From Holosporales bacterium (lineage in GTDB: Bacteria; Pseudomonadota; Alphaproteobacteria; Caedimonadales; UBA9215): 38,121 bases of DNA. This document shows, piece by piece, positions 1-7,631 of the stretch; the first letter of the stretch is position 1, and every line of letters begins with the position of its first letter. The translations under genes and the position numbers were made by a program. Below the pieces are notes generated by a model. The model saw nothing but the letters and a program-made list of their open reading frames with translations, did not search any database and had not been told where the DNA came from. The DNA is taken from NCBI GenBank assembly GCA_003503995.1, contig DOCA01000090.1, forward strand, positions 1 through 38,121, in the 5' to 3' direction.

Positions 1-73
1 TGGTGATCCACGGGTTGAATCTTTTTTTTCCCCCAAGACCAATGAGAGAGAGGAATTTTATAATTCTAAAAAA

Positions 74-661
74 ATGCTAGAAATTTGGAACCAACTCGTT
101 CCTGAGAAATTCATCAGCGGAGCCAATAGCTATCTTTCAAAGCAACTGGAAGCAGCCCTTAGGGATCAGCTAGATGAGGATTTATCTTCTTGGAAATCTG
201 TCTGTGAGAATTTCAGTTCTTCGAAGTTTCTTATGGGGGAAGTGGATTCAATCCGCGTTAAGCCTGATTTAAGCTGGCTTGTTGACCCCAAGGAGCCACG
301 GGTTTCTCGTGTTTACCAAAAACAACATTACACTTTTGATGACCGTAGGGTGGAAGCAAAACCAGTTGATTTTGAGGCTGCTGAACAAATCATTGAGTCT
401 TTAGACGAACCAAAGGTTTCAAAGGATGTCCGTTTATTTATTTTTCAGACTAATCCAGGATTTTATAAAAGCTACGTTGAAACCGCCACCGTTCTTAAAA
501 GCGGGGAAGAGCTTTATATTATCGCCCCCAGTAGTTTAGCGCGGGATAAAATTCAAGAGCAATGTTATAACGCCTTGGATGATTTTCTGAAACATAACTA
601 TCAACTTGGTTTAGTGATACAAGCTAAGGAGAAGGAGGCTTCCCATGCCCTCAAAGAATAG
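74..661 (+). CDS. hypothetical protein, possibly 5'-truncated by the window edge
   Basis: 195-aa ORF. I checked the frame and it stays open back to nt 2, so the true start may lie outside the window. No family was recognised with certainty. The C-terminal stretch FIFQTNPGFYKSY...YIIAPSSLARDKIQEQCYNAL weakly resembles a DnaA-N-terminal-like domain by eye. Confidence 0.5.
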   Translation: MLEIWNQLVPEKFISGANSYLSKQLEAALRDQLDEDLSSWKSVCENFSSSKFLMGEVDSIRVKPDLSWLVDPKEPRVSRVYQKQHYTFDDRRVEAKPVDFEAAEQIIESLDEPKVSKDVRLFIFQTNPGFYKSYVETATVLKSGEELYIIAPSSLARDKIQEQCYNALDDFLKHNYQLGLVIQAKEKEASHALKE

Positions 662-676
662 ATTTAATGAAAGAAG

Positions 677-698
677 AATGTTTCATTTTGGAAACATT
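677..698. terminator. 8-bp perfect inverted repeat aatgtttc-N6-gaaacatt; weak terminator or operator
   Basis: Read directly. It starts 16 nt after the stop of the 74..661 ORF. The stem is AT-rich and no U-tract follows immediately, so the call is tentative. Confidence 0.3.
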
Positions 699-737
699 AA
701 TAAGTATTTTGCCATACTGACAATTTAATTTAAATGA

Positions 738-766
738 TTGACAAAATAAGGTTTATTTGTTATGTT
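738..766 (+). promoter_or_regulatory. candidate sigma70-type promoter (TTGACA-17 nt-TATGTT)
   Basis: TTGACA at 738-743, a 17-nt spacer, then TATGTT at 761-766. A TATAAT also occurs at 771-776. It lies in the AT-rich 470-nt gap upstream of the tra operon. A second, weaker candidate is TTGACC at 844-849 with TTATAA/TATAAA at 868-874. Confidence 0.35.
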
Positions 767-919
767 TTACTATAATTAAAAAGAGCGCGGCTTCGCAAGT
801 CAGTCAGAAAAAACAGAGAAATCCCCAACGGATTTTAAAAGTTTTGACCAAGGCTTAAGATGCATTGTTATAAAAATGGAATAAGAGATGATGAAATTTT
901 AAATTAAGAAATAATGAGT

Positions 920-962
920 AGATCAGCAAGGTGTTTTGTCTACCAAAACACCTTGCTGATCT
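920..962. promoter_or_regulatory. perfect 18-bp stem / 7-nt loop hairpin in the operon leader
   Basis: agatcagcaaggtgtttt (920-937), loop gtctacc, then aaaacaccttgctgatct (945-962). The complementarity is perfect. No U-tract follows on the + strand. On the - strand it is followed after 5 nt by a U-rich run (ttatttcttaattt). Confidence 0.6.
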
Positions 963-1090
963 GGACAAACGATAAACGTTCTAGCCGCCCCATTCGGTTG
1001 ATGCAAAACGGAGCAGATATGGATATTATATCACATGTTATAGACCCAATTTCAAGGAAAATCGCAACAGCACCTTTGTGTTGCCGTCAG

Positions 1091-1127
1091 TTTTCCCTCC
1101 TGTTTTCTTTTTTTTCAGGAGGGAAAA
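1091..1127 (+). promoter_or_regulatory. hairpin sequestering the Shine-Dalgarno of the first operon gene
   Basis: ttttccctcctg (1091-1102) pairs perfectly with caggagggaaaa (1116-1127) across a 13-nt U-rich loop. The 3' arm contains the GGAGGG SD for the ATG at 1131. Confidence 0.5.
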
Positions 1128-1130
1128 ACC

Positions 1131-1493
1131 ATGCCTAATCTTTTGATTTCTGTTTTGAGAATAATTCGCCCTAAGGAATACACCGCAATTGTTCTTTCCT
1201 TGTTGGGCATTGCTCTCCTTTCAAGTGTGAACGCTTCCAGCCTTAATGCTGACCTCTTTGAAGGGTCTCAAAATAAAACATCTTTCAGCCTTCTTTCATC
1301 CTGCTCCGTTGAGGCTAATGCCCAAGAGAGCTTAACAAGTTTTGACGTTCAATCTACGCGACGTCAAAAATACAGCCACTCTTTTTATTCCTGTTTTGAG
1401 AGTGGCTGTCTGCTTCCCGGTAACTTGATCACAACATTTTCTTTGGGCCAATCGTCTAAGGCGAATGTTGTGGATTTGGGAGACAAGTGGTGA
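1131..1493 (+). CDS. hypothetical secreted protein with an N-terminal signal peptide
   Basis: Strong SD (GGAGGG) upstream of the ATG. The hydrophobic N-terminus IVLSLLGIALLSSVNAS looks like a signal peptide. Its end overlaps the next ORF's start (GTG 1487). No family recognised. Confidence 0.55.
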   Translation: MPNLLISVLRIIRPKEYTAIVLSLLGIALLSSVNASSLNADLFEGSQNKTSFSLLSSCSVEANAQESLTSFDVQSTRRQKYSHSFYSCFESGCLLPGNLITTFSLGQSSKANVVDLGDKW

Positions 1494-3103
1494 AACGAGA
1501 ACATTTACAGCTGATACCAAAAGTAGAAGTAGATGAAGATCCTTTGTCCTTTCTTAGGAATCACAATGCTCATCTTTATATTCCCTCTGATATTTATGAC
1601 GCTCTGATCTGTGTTTATCGTATTTCAAGACATGATAATCCCCTTGTTAACTGGAAGAAGATGAAAAAGCACATGTTTAATCATCATCTTGTTAACATTT
1701 TAAAAAGAAGCTCACTAGTTTCTTCTAATAAGGTTCGTGACCTTAAAAGAAATAGAAGGAAATACAAGCATCTGTGTTTTGGTGAAATTTCTCATCAATG
1801 GAAACTTGACCCTAAGCTTAGCTCGATTGTGAGTGAGATTATCTACTCTTTTATTTATAAGGATCCGTTCTTTTTCAAAAGAAACCCTAATCTCCTCCGC
1901 AAGGAAAAACATCTTAAAAAGATGGACAAAATCAATAAGAGACTTGCGAATACCCCCGCTCAAGAGAGCGATAAAAAGAACACTACTGTTTTGTGGAATC
2001 CGTTTAAAGGAACTTATATAAAGCCTTACGTTCCCAAGGCAGCTGACGGAAATAACAATTTCTTTATTCTTGGTGAAAATAACGCGGGAAAACATTTCCT
2101 CTGCACCGAAATCATAAAGGACGTTTTGGCCGAGGGTGGCAATGTTCTCGTCTTTGACGATTCAGATAATTATAAAAACCTTTGTGAGTCCGTTGGCGGG
2201 CAATATATCACGGAGGGTAACCTTTCTTTAATAGGCATAGACTTTTTTAAGGTTCTCCCTGAAAAAGGCGTAGAAAATTCTGATCAGTATTACTCACTCT
2301 TTGAAATGTTCTCAACTTTACTTATTTTAATGGCCAGTGATGATCATGCGTTTTGTGATTCTGCCCACAACATGGTCGAATTGGCTTTAGTTTCTGCGTG
2401 GGAGCAAAAAGGACAAGAGGCAAACCTTCTCGATGTCATAAAACATCTTGATCAACAAGAGAATGAGACTGCCTCTAAAATAGCGTTAGGTCTTACTAAA
2501 TTTGATAAACGTTATAATAATTTCTTCAACAAATCCCCACAGAGTCTTTTTGAGAAAAAATTGACGGTTGTGAATTTCAAGGGACTTGATGACCCTTTGC
2601 TTCATACGGTCATAACATCTCTTTTGGTGGGAGTTTCACATCATCAAAAAGAGGGAAAGTGTTCAAAGCCTTTTTTGGTTCTATTTGAAGACACCCGCCT
2701 TCCTGATCCTTGCCCGCTTTTTGAAAGAGTGATTATTAACTTTTCTCGAACTGCACGCTTACAACGTATTTCCTTGGGCAAAGTCTCTAGTCTTCTAGAA
2801 AACATTACTGACTTAGACACAGGAGCGCATTCAATAAATCCTAATTCGCCTTACAGTTGGGCTCATTATTCCAGCCGTTTTGATATGGCTTTTTGGCGGA
2901 ACTCAAGCTGGCATGTTTTTTTCGAGGGAGGATATAGCGGTATGGGTTTTATCGAAAAGGCTCGGAGCCTCTTTTCAAAGGAAGATGTAAAAAAATTACA
3001 TCTTCTTTCGGGACCTAAATCAATTGCCATAAGAGGCCAGATTCAAGACCTCAAAATATACACACTTAAACTTAAAGGAGAAGATTATGCAGCCGCTGCT
3101 TAA
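1487..3103 (+). CDS. TraC/VirB4 ATPase-domain paralog with non-canonical Walker motifs
   Basis: It aligns by eye with the C-terminal half of the window's own TraC. Example: GNNNFFILGENNAGKHFLCTEIIKDVLAEGGNVLVFDDSDNYKNLCESVGGQY versus GNYNFCITGKSGSGKSFLCNEIIENTLSVGGKAFVIDRGESMKDLCEFRGGTH. PFLVLFEDTR matches PFLILIDEAK, and RNSSWHVFFEG matches ENSSWKVVLQQ. The start is uncertain: GTG at 1487 with GGGAGA upstream, and the first in-frame ATG lies much further in. Confidence 0.8.
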   Translation: MVKREHLQLIPKVEVDEDPLSFLRNHNAHLYIPSDIYDALICVYRISRHDNPLVNWKKMKKHMFNHHLVNILKRSSLVSSNKVRDLKRNRRKYKHLCFGEISHQWKLDPKLSSIVSEIIYSFIYKDPFFFKRNPNLLRKEKHLKKMDKINKRLANTPAQESDKKNTTVLWNPFKGTYIKPYVPKAADGNNNFFILGENNAGKHFLCTEIIKDVLAEGGNVLVFDDSDNYKNLCESVGGQYITEGNLSLIGIDFFKVLPEKGVENSDQYYSLFEMFSTLLILMASDDHAFCDSAHNMVELALVSAWEQKGQEANLLDVIKHLDQQENETASKIALGLTKFDKRYNNFFNKSPQSLFEKKLTVVNFKGLDDPLLHTVITSLLVGVSHHQKEGKCSKPFLVLFEDTRLPDPCPLFERVIINFSRTARLQRISLGKVSSLLENITDLDTGAHSINPNSPYSWAHYSSRFDMAFWRNSSWHVFFEGGYSGMGFIEKARSLFSKEDVKKLHLLSGPKSIAIRGQIQDLKIYTLKLKGEDYAAAA

Positions 3104-3551
3104 CGCGAACATCACACAGCCAGATCATTACGTTAAAGGGCGTTCTATAGAGCCTTTGGATGTTATTGAATCTTGGAAGCTCATGCACCATGTGGCTTGT
3201 GCCTTGAAGTATATTTGTAGAGCTGGTCACAAAGATTGCGAAAGGACCGATCTTGAAAAAGCAAATTTTTATTTAGACCGATTTCTACGCATTGGCACGT
3301 CAGCAAGATCTGACTGTTATATGAACAAAAGGAACATCTCCGTTGAGAAAGTAGCCCAAGATTGGCGGCTTAATACGAGCCTTGAGTTGGCAATTATGCA
3401 TATCCATTCAGCGACCCGCTCGACATCCCCTTTTTACATCGAAGAGGCTAAAAAGGCTATCAACATTAGGCTAAAGCAACTCAAGATTATTACTCAACAG
3501 AATGCCGCTAATGAAAACTCTAAATCCTTAGCGAAAGGAAAAAAGAAATGA
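3087..3551 (+). CDS. DUF3310-like protein (phage/plasmid SaV-like N-terminal domain)
   Basis: AAGGAG SD upstream of the ATG. The N-terminus PDHYVKGRSIEPLDVIESW...ACALKYICRAGHKD..RTDLEKANFYL matches the remembered DUF3310 signature (HY..G.EP.DVI...KY..RAG.K....DL.KA..YL). The C-terminal half is unassigned. Confidence 0.6.
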   Translation: MQPLLNANITQPDHYVKGRSIEPLDVIESWKLMHHVACALKYICRAGHKDCERTDLEKANFYLDRFLRIGTSARSDCYMNKRNISVEKVAQDWRLNTSLELAIMHIHSATRSTSPFYIEEAKKAINIRLKQLKIITQQNAANENSKSLAKGKKK

Positions 3552-3913
3552 AACAGAAGCTAACTCTAAAAAGAATCCTCTCCTTGAGTCTTATCCTTGG
3601 CACACCCACAGTTTGTCATGCATCGGCAGATCTGGGACATGAAGTCTTGAGTAATCAGGAGTCAACTCTCTCCCAAGAAGAGGCAGAAATGCAAGCAGAA
3701 AGGGAGGTCGGCCGACTCTGGCTTATAGCAATGCCTCATTTGACTTCTGCAGAAAAGAACGTTGTAACGCAATATCTTCAAGTAGGAATTCAGCGAGATT
3801 ATGAAAAATCACAGCAAGTTGTTGAAAAAATTAATGCAACGAATTTAAACCCTTCCCAACACACTCAACAAATTCTGGACAGTATTGTCAAAGATATAAA
3901 GGAAACAAAATAA
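3548..3913 (+). CDS. hypothetical secreted protein
   Basis: ATGA overlap with the upstream gene. The signal peptide MKQKLTLKRILSLSLILGTPTVCHAS is near-identical in pattern to the leader of the next gene. Confidence 0.6.
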   Translation: MKQKLTLKRILSLSLILGTPTVCHASADLGHEVLSNQESTLSQEEAEMQAEREVGRLWLIAMPHLTSAEKNVVTQYLQVGIQRDYEKSQQVVEKINATNLNPSQHTQQILDSIVKDIKETK

Positions 3914-4557
3914 TGAAAAATAACCTAATAAAAAAGAGTGCAATTTCTCTGAGCCTTATACTTGGCATTTTCACAGTGTGTAATGCTTCGGAAACATCTG
4001 AGGTAAAAGTCACCGCCGTTTTGAAACATGGTCTTGGTGCCTCAACGTCTCCAACTTCAAAGGACAATCCTCGTCCAATTTTGATGCACCTTAATAATTC
4101 TGAAAACATTCCCCTTGAGTGGCAATCTGATTTGAAGAATGCGGCGATGTTAGGAAAGTGCCACGGGGACTTGTCTTCGGAGAAAGTAATTTGCCGTATC
4201 CATGCTCTCACTATTGTGAAAAGCGATGGAAGTATCCTTGAGAGGGAGGTTGACGCTTGGATTGTTGATGAGGATGGCTTACTCGGTCTTCGTGGAAAAG
4301 TTTTTGATCGGGCGAAAAAAGAAAGAAAGGCTTTCCTTGAGGTTATGGATGCCATCAAGGAAAGGAATTTAGGAACGGAGTTTTCAAAAGAAGAGTCTAG
4401 TGCACGAGCGAAGGTTTTCGATTACTGCAAGCAGTATGTGGAATTATTGAGTCCTGTGGTCTCTATTGACGCGGGACAGGTTGTGAACGTTGTTTTTAAG
4501 AACGTCTCAGACTTAGATCCTACTAAAGAACAAAATGAGAAGACTAATGTCCAGTAA
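3913..4557 (+). CDS. secreted paralog of the TraB/VirB10 C-terminal domain
   Basis: Signal peptide MKNNLIKKSAISLSLILGIFTVCNAS. The sequence RPILMHLNNSENIPLEWQSDLKNAAMLGKCHGDLSSEKVICRIHALTIVKSDGSILEREVDAWIVDEDGLLGLRGKVFD aligns with TraB QPIMMRLADHGNLPRGWKSRLKDAVMIGSCYGDLSSERAVCRIHTLSFVERSGRTVEKSVEGWIIGEDGAPGLRGKVVD. The tail SIDAGQVVNVVFKNVSDL matches VVNPGRVVDVVFKKGFDL. Confidence 0.8.
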   Translation: MKNNLIKKSAISLSLILGIFTVCNASETSEVKVTAVLKHGLGASTSPTSKDNPRPILMHLNNSENIPLEWQSDLKNAAMLGKCHGDLSSEKVICRIHALTIVKSDGSILEREVDAWIVDEDGLLGLRGKVFDRAKKERKAFLEVMDAIKERNLGTEFSKEESSARAKVFDYCKQYVELLSPVVSIDAGQVVNVVFKNVSDLDPTKEQNEKTNVQ

Positions 4558-4840
4558 GCACCGCATTGGTTTTAATTTAGACCGTCCTACAAAAATTATG
4601 GGGCTCACGAAGGATGAGTTTGCTTTGCTGATTTTTGGTCTGGCATGCTTTATGTTTTCGCCAAACAAAACTCTTGGTCTTTGCCTTATCGGAATTTGTG
4701 TTGTGTTGCTTGTCGTTGTGAAACGTCTCAAGAAACAAATTGGCGGTTTCAACATTAAGTCCTTTTTATGGTGGTATTTCGGTTTTGAAGGAGGAAATCC
4801 GACATTACCTCCTTCTCATATAAGGAAATGGAATAAATGA
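4535..4840 (+). CDS. traL: type-F conjugative transfer protein TraL (VirB3-like)
   Basis: About 100 aa with a central hydrophobic hairpin. The C-terminal PPSHIRKWNK resembles the F TraL end (..FRQWIK). It sits immediately upstream of traE. An alternative start at 4547 has a better RBS. Confidence 0.8.
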   Translation: MRRLMSSKHRIGFNLDRPTKIMGLTKDEFALLIFGLACFMFSPNKTLGLCLIGICVVLLVVVKRLKKQIGGFNIKSFLWWYFGFEGGNPTLPPSHIRKWNK

Positions 4841-5400
4841 ACATTGATATTAAAAAAAACGTAGCCATTAAATTGCTCCAACAACGTAACTTTTCATATG
4901 TGGTTGTGGTGTTTTTAATGATGGTATGCAGTGTTTTGCTGGTCAGAGTTTTGAATGTCAGCGAGCGTTTGGTTATTGTTCCGTCTTTAAGTGATCCTGA
5001 TAAACGCTATCAAATTGATGGCAGCTTTATCGATGATAGCTATTTCAAGGACTGGGCGGCAAACCTTTTAGGGGATCTATATACCGCCAATCCTAAAACA
5101 GTTCTTCAAAAGAATAAGAGCTTTCTGCATTGGTCTATTAGCACATCTACCCTGAGCAAAGATCTTGAACAGTCAGCGAAAGCTTTGAAGAAAGATCAGA
5201 TAAGCACAGCCTTTTATCCTGAGACTTTTAAAATCTCACGTCAAACAAAAGAAATCTACGTAACGGGGATGTTCCTTACCTTTTTTGGTCGTTCTCAAAA
5301 GCCGGTTACCAGTCAAAAGACATTTATTTTAGGGTGGCAGATTGTCCATGGTGGCTCTGTTGCCATCCGTTCATTGAAGGAGTTAAAAAATGAAAAGTAA
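4837..5400 (+). CDS. traE: type-F conjugative transfer protein TraE
   Basis: ATGA overlap with traL. It has an N-terminal TM (FSYVVVVFLMMVCSVLLV) and the size and architecture of F TraE, in the traL-traE-traK order. Confidence 0.85.
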   Translation: MNIDIKKNVAIKLLQQRNFSYVVVVFLMMVCSVLLVRVLNVSERLVIVPSLSDPDKRYQIDGSFIDDSYFKDWAANLLGDLYTANPKTVLQKNKSFLHWSISTSTLSKDLEQSAKALKKDQISTAFYPETFKISRQTKEIYVTGMFLTFFGRSQKPVTSQKTFILGWQIVHGGSVAIRSLKELKNEK

Positions 5401-6067
5401 TAGCATTCTTAAAACGGCACTTTGTATAAGCCTTGCCCTTGGGGTTTCTCCCTCTTATGGAGCTACGGAAATCAAATCCGATAAGGTGATGCATTTCACA
5501 ATCAGCAATACAGGCCTGACGCGCATTGCGATCGAGGATGAGAGTATTAAATACTTTTTCACCTATCCCGCCACTGTTTCTGAAAGCTTGAATTTGCATG
5601 CGTCTGGAAATCTCTTTGTGGCAACGGCTGGATTGGTCGAGCCCATATTTTTGACGGTGATCTCGAGCAATGGAACAACGCAAGATATGAAGCTGACCTT
5701 TGCTAACAAAACCCCTCAACCTCTTCTCTTGAAAGTGAAAGAGGAAAATATAGCCTCGAGAGAGGAAATTGAGAGATGGATGACTGTTGCTTTAACAGGA
5801 GAGGCTCCACGTCATTTTAAAAGAGAAAGTCCTATAAAAAATAAAATTACAACGTCAAAAACGGTTGCCCATGAATTTGAGCGGTTTTCCAATGGCGTTT
5901 ATTCCCTTTCCCTTTGGCAAATTACGTCCAAGGCGGATAAGCCTGTTCCTTTAACAGCCGATTTATATATCGACAGTACGGAAGCAGGAAAAGTAAGTGA
6001 GAGTACGTTGGTTCCCTATGGAACAGCGCAACTCGTGATTATTTCAAAAAATAAGGAGATTAAATAA
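5390..6067 (+). CDS. traK: type-F conjugative transfer protein TraK (VirB9-like)
   Basis: Signal peptide followed by the FTISNTGLTRIAIEDE... pattern typical of TraK. Syntenic position. Confidence 0.8.
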   Translation: MKSNSILKTALCISLALGVSPSYGATEIKSDKVMHFTISNTGLTRIAIEDESIKYFFTYPATVSESLNLHASGNLFVATAGLVEPIFLTVISSNGTTQDMKLTFANKTPQPLLLKVKEENIASREEIERWMTVALTGEAPRHFKRESPIKNKITTSKTVAHEFERFSNGVYSLSLWQITSKADKPVPLTADLYIDSTEAGKVSESTLVPYGTAQLVIISKNKEIK

Positions 6068-6372
6068 TGAAACAAAAAATAATGGATCACTTTAAGGGGT
6101 CTTGGAAGACCTATGCCGGTCTTGCTGCTTTTAGCGTTTTATCAACAAAAGTAGATGCAACAGCCATTGAAAGAATGGGAACGGCGACTAACGGGCTTTC
6201 CGGTCTTATCAAGGGAACTCTTGGTGAAACGGTTTTGTTTGTCAGTAGTATTGGTGGTGCTGTGGGGGCCTTCATGAAGGGTAATATGTGGCTTGCTGTC
6301 GGTATCTTCTTAGTTGGTATGTTGTTCTCTTGGCATCTTGAGAATATTTCCGCCATGTTCCCAGGAGTGTAA
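6067..6372 (+). CDS. pilin-like protein (TraA/VirB2-type topology)
   Basis: AAGGAG SD. The leader ends ...AFSVLSTKVDA. The mature part of about 70 aa has a polar N-terminus and two hydrophobic helices (TVLFVSSIGGAVGAFM and WLAVGIFLVGMLFSW) separated by KGN, as in F-pilin and T-pilin. The assignment rests on topology only. Confidence 0.5.
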   Translation: MKQKIMDHFKGSWKTYAGLAAFSVLSTKVDATAIERMGTATNGLSGLIKGTLGETVLFVSSIGGAVGAFMKGNMWLAVGIFLVGMLFSWHLENISAMFPGV

Positions 6373-6380
6373 TTAAGCCC

Positions 6381-7631
6381 ATGAAAAAATTCATCGATAA
6401 GATCAAATTTTCTTCTGAAGGCACCGCAGAAAGTATTAAAAAGAAACAACGTATTGCTATTGGTGTGGTCTTTTGCGTTGTGGGTGTTGTGTTCTGGGTT
6501 GCAAAATCAGGGGTAAAGAACGTTGCCACCCTTGAAACTAAGGCTGAAAAACCAAAGAAGGTCGTTGTCTCTGATCTTGTCGATGAACAAGAGACATGGG
6601 TCTCTCGCTTGGAGGAAAAGTCCAATAGCATGACGGCTCAAGTCGCTAACTATAAAAAAGAAAACGATATCCTTGGTAAACGTATAGAGAATCTTGAGGA
6701 AGCTTTAAAAGCTCAAGTAAAGGATTCACACCCCTCAAAACCAAAACCTGAAAAGACCCTCAAGGCCCCATCGTTAGGGGTGGCTCCTTTAGGGCAACCT
6801 TCTTTTCCTCAAACAAAAGAGGTCAGAAATACATTTCCGGTAACTCAAGGAGCGGAACAGGGTTCTTTTAAACCTCTTAAGAAAATTCTCTATGTCAGTG
6901 TTGGGGAGGAAGATGATTTCCATCACGTGAAGAATTATGTGGTTGCGGGAACAAACGCGCGGGCTGTTTTAACATCCGGTGTTGTTGTTTCAACATCAGT
7001 CTCTACCCAAGGAAATCCTCAACCTATTATGATGCGCTTGGCGGATCATGGAAACCTTCCAAGAGGATGGAAATCCCGTTTAAAGGATGCGGTGATGATT
7101 GGTAGTTGTTATGGGGATTTGTCATCGGAAAGAGCGGTTTGTCGAATCCATACTTTGTCTTTTGTTGAGCGTTCCGGCCGAACCGTTGAAAAGTCTGTTG
7201 AAGGCTGGATCATTGGTGAAGATGGCGCACCCGGTCTTCGCGGTAAAGTTGTAGATAAATCTGGCAAGGTTGCCCGAGAAGCCTTTGTGGCAGGCATGTT
7301 ATCAGGCATGAGCAGCTTTGTTAAAAGCTCTGCTCAAAGTTCAGTTTTCCCTGTGAGCCCGTTTGGTCAAACCAATGCTCTTAAAACAGAGGATGTCTTA
7401 AAAAGTAGTGCAGCACAAGGTACGTCAAATGCCCTTGAGAAACTAGCAGACTTTAGCATCAAACGCGCTGAGTCTATGAATCCTGTTCTTGTGGTTAATC
7501 CGGGCCGCGTTGTGGATGTTGTTTTCAAAAAAGGGTTTGATTTAAGCCCTAATCGTCAAAAGGGTCTTCGCCCTGTTCAAGCCACTTCATCTGGCAATCA
7601 AAACTTTGGAGGATCCTCAAATGGATATTAA
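6381..7631 (+). CDS. traB: type-F conjugative transfer protein TraB (VirB10-like)
   Basis: N-terminal TM (IAIGVVFCVVGVVFWVA), a coiled coil, a Pro-rich linker, and a C-terminal TrbI/VirB10-type domain (GDLSSERAVCRIH...GLRGKVVD). Confidence 0.9.
   Translation: MKKFIDKIKFSSEGTAESIKKKQRIAIGVVFCVVGVVFWVAKSGVKNVATLETKAEKPKKVVVSDLVDEQETWVSRLEEKSNSMTAQVANYKKENDILGKRIENLEEALKAQVKDSHPSKPKPEKTLKAPSLGVAPLGQPSFPQTKEVRNTFPVTQGAEQGSFKPLKKILYVSVGEEDDFHHVKNYVVAGTNARAVLTSGVVVSTSVSTQGNPQPIMMRLADHGNLPRGWKSRLKDAVMIGSCYGDLSSERAVCRIHTLSFVERSGRTVEKSVEGWIIGEDGAPGLRGKVVDKSGKVAREAFVAGMLSGMSSFVKSSAQSSVFPVSPFGQTNALKTEDVLKSSAAQGTSNALEKLADFSIKRAESMNPVLVVNPGRVVDVVFKKGFDLSPNRQKGLRPVQATSSGNQNFGGSSNGY

Noticed and set aside
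914-1138. 74-aa ORF in the operon leader.
   Set aside because: It runs straight through both strong hairpins, has no RBS and has odd composition. The region is better explained as structured non-coding leader.
3888-4358. 156-aa minus-strand ORF, together with similar antisense ORFs at 1715..2095, 5324..5719, 6111..6631, 9478..9995, 13916..14257, 23073..23402 and 27148..27684.
   Set aside because: All lie fully inside, and antisense to, genes with clear homology or paralogy. None shows an RBS or family features.
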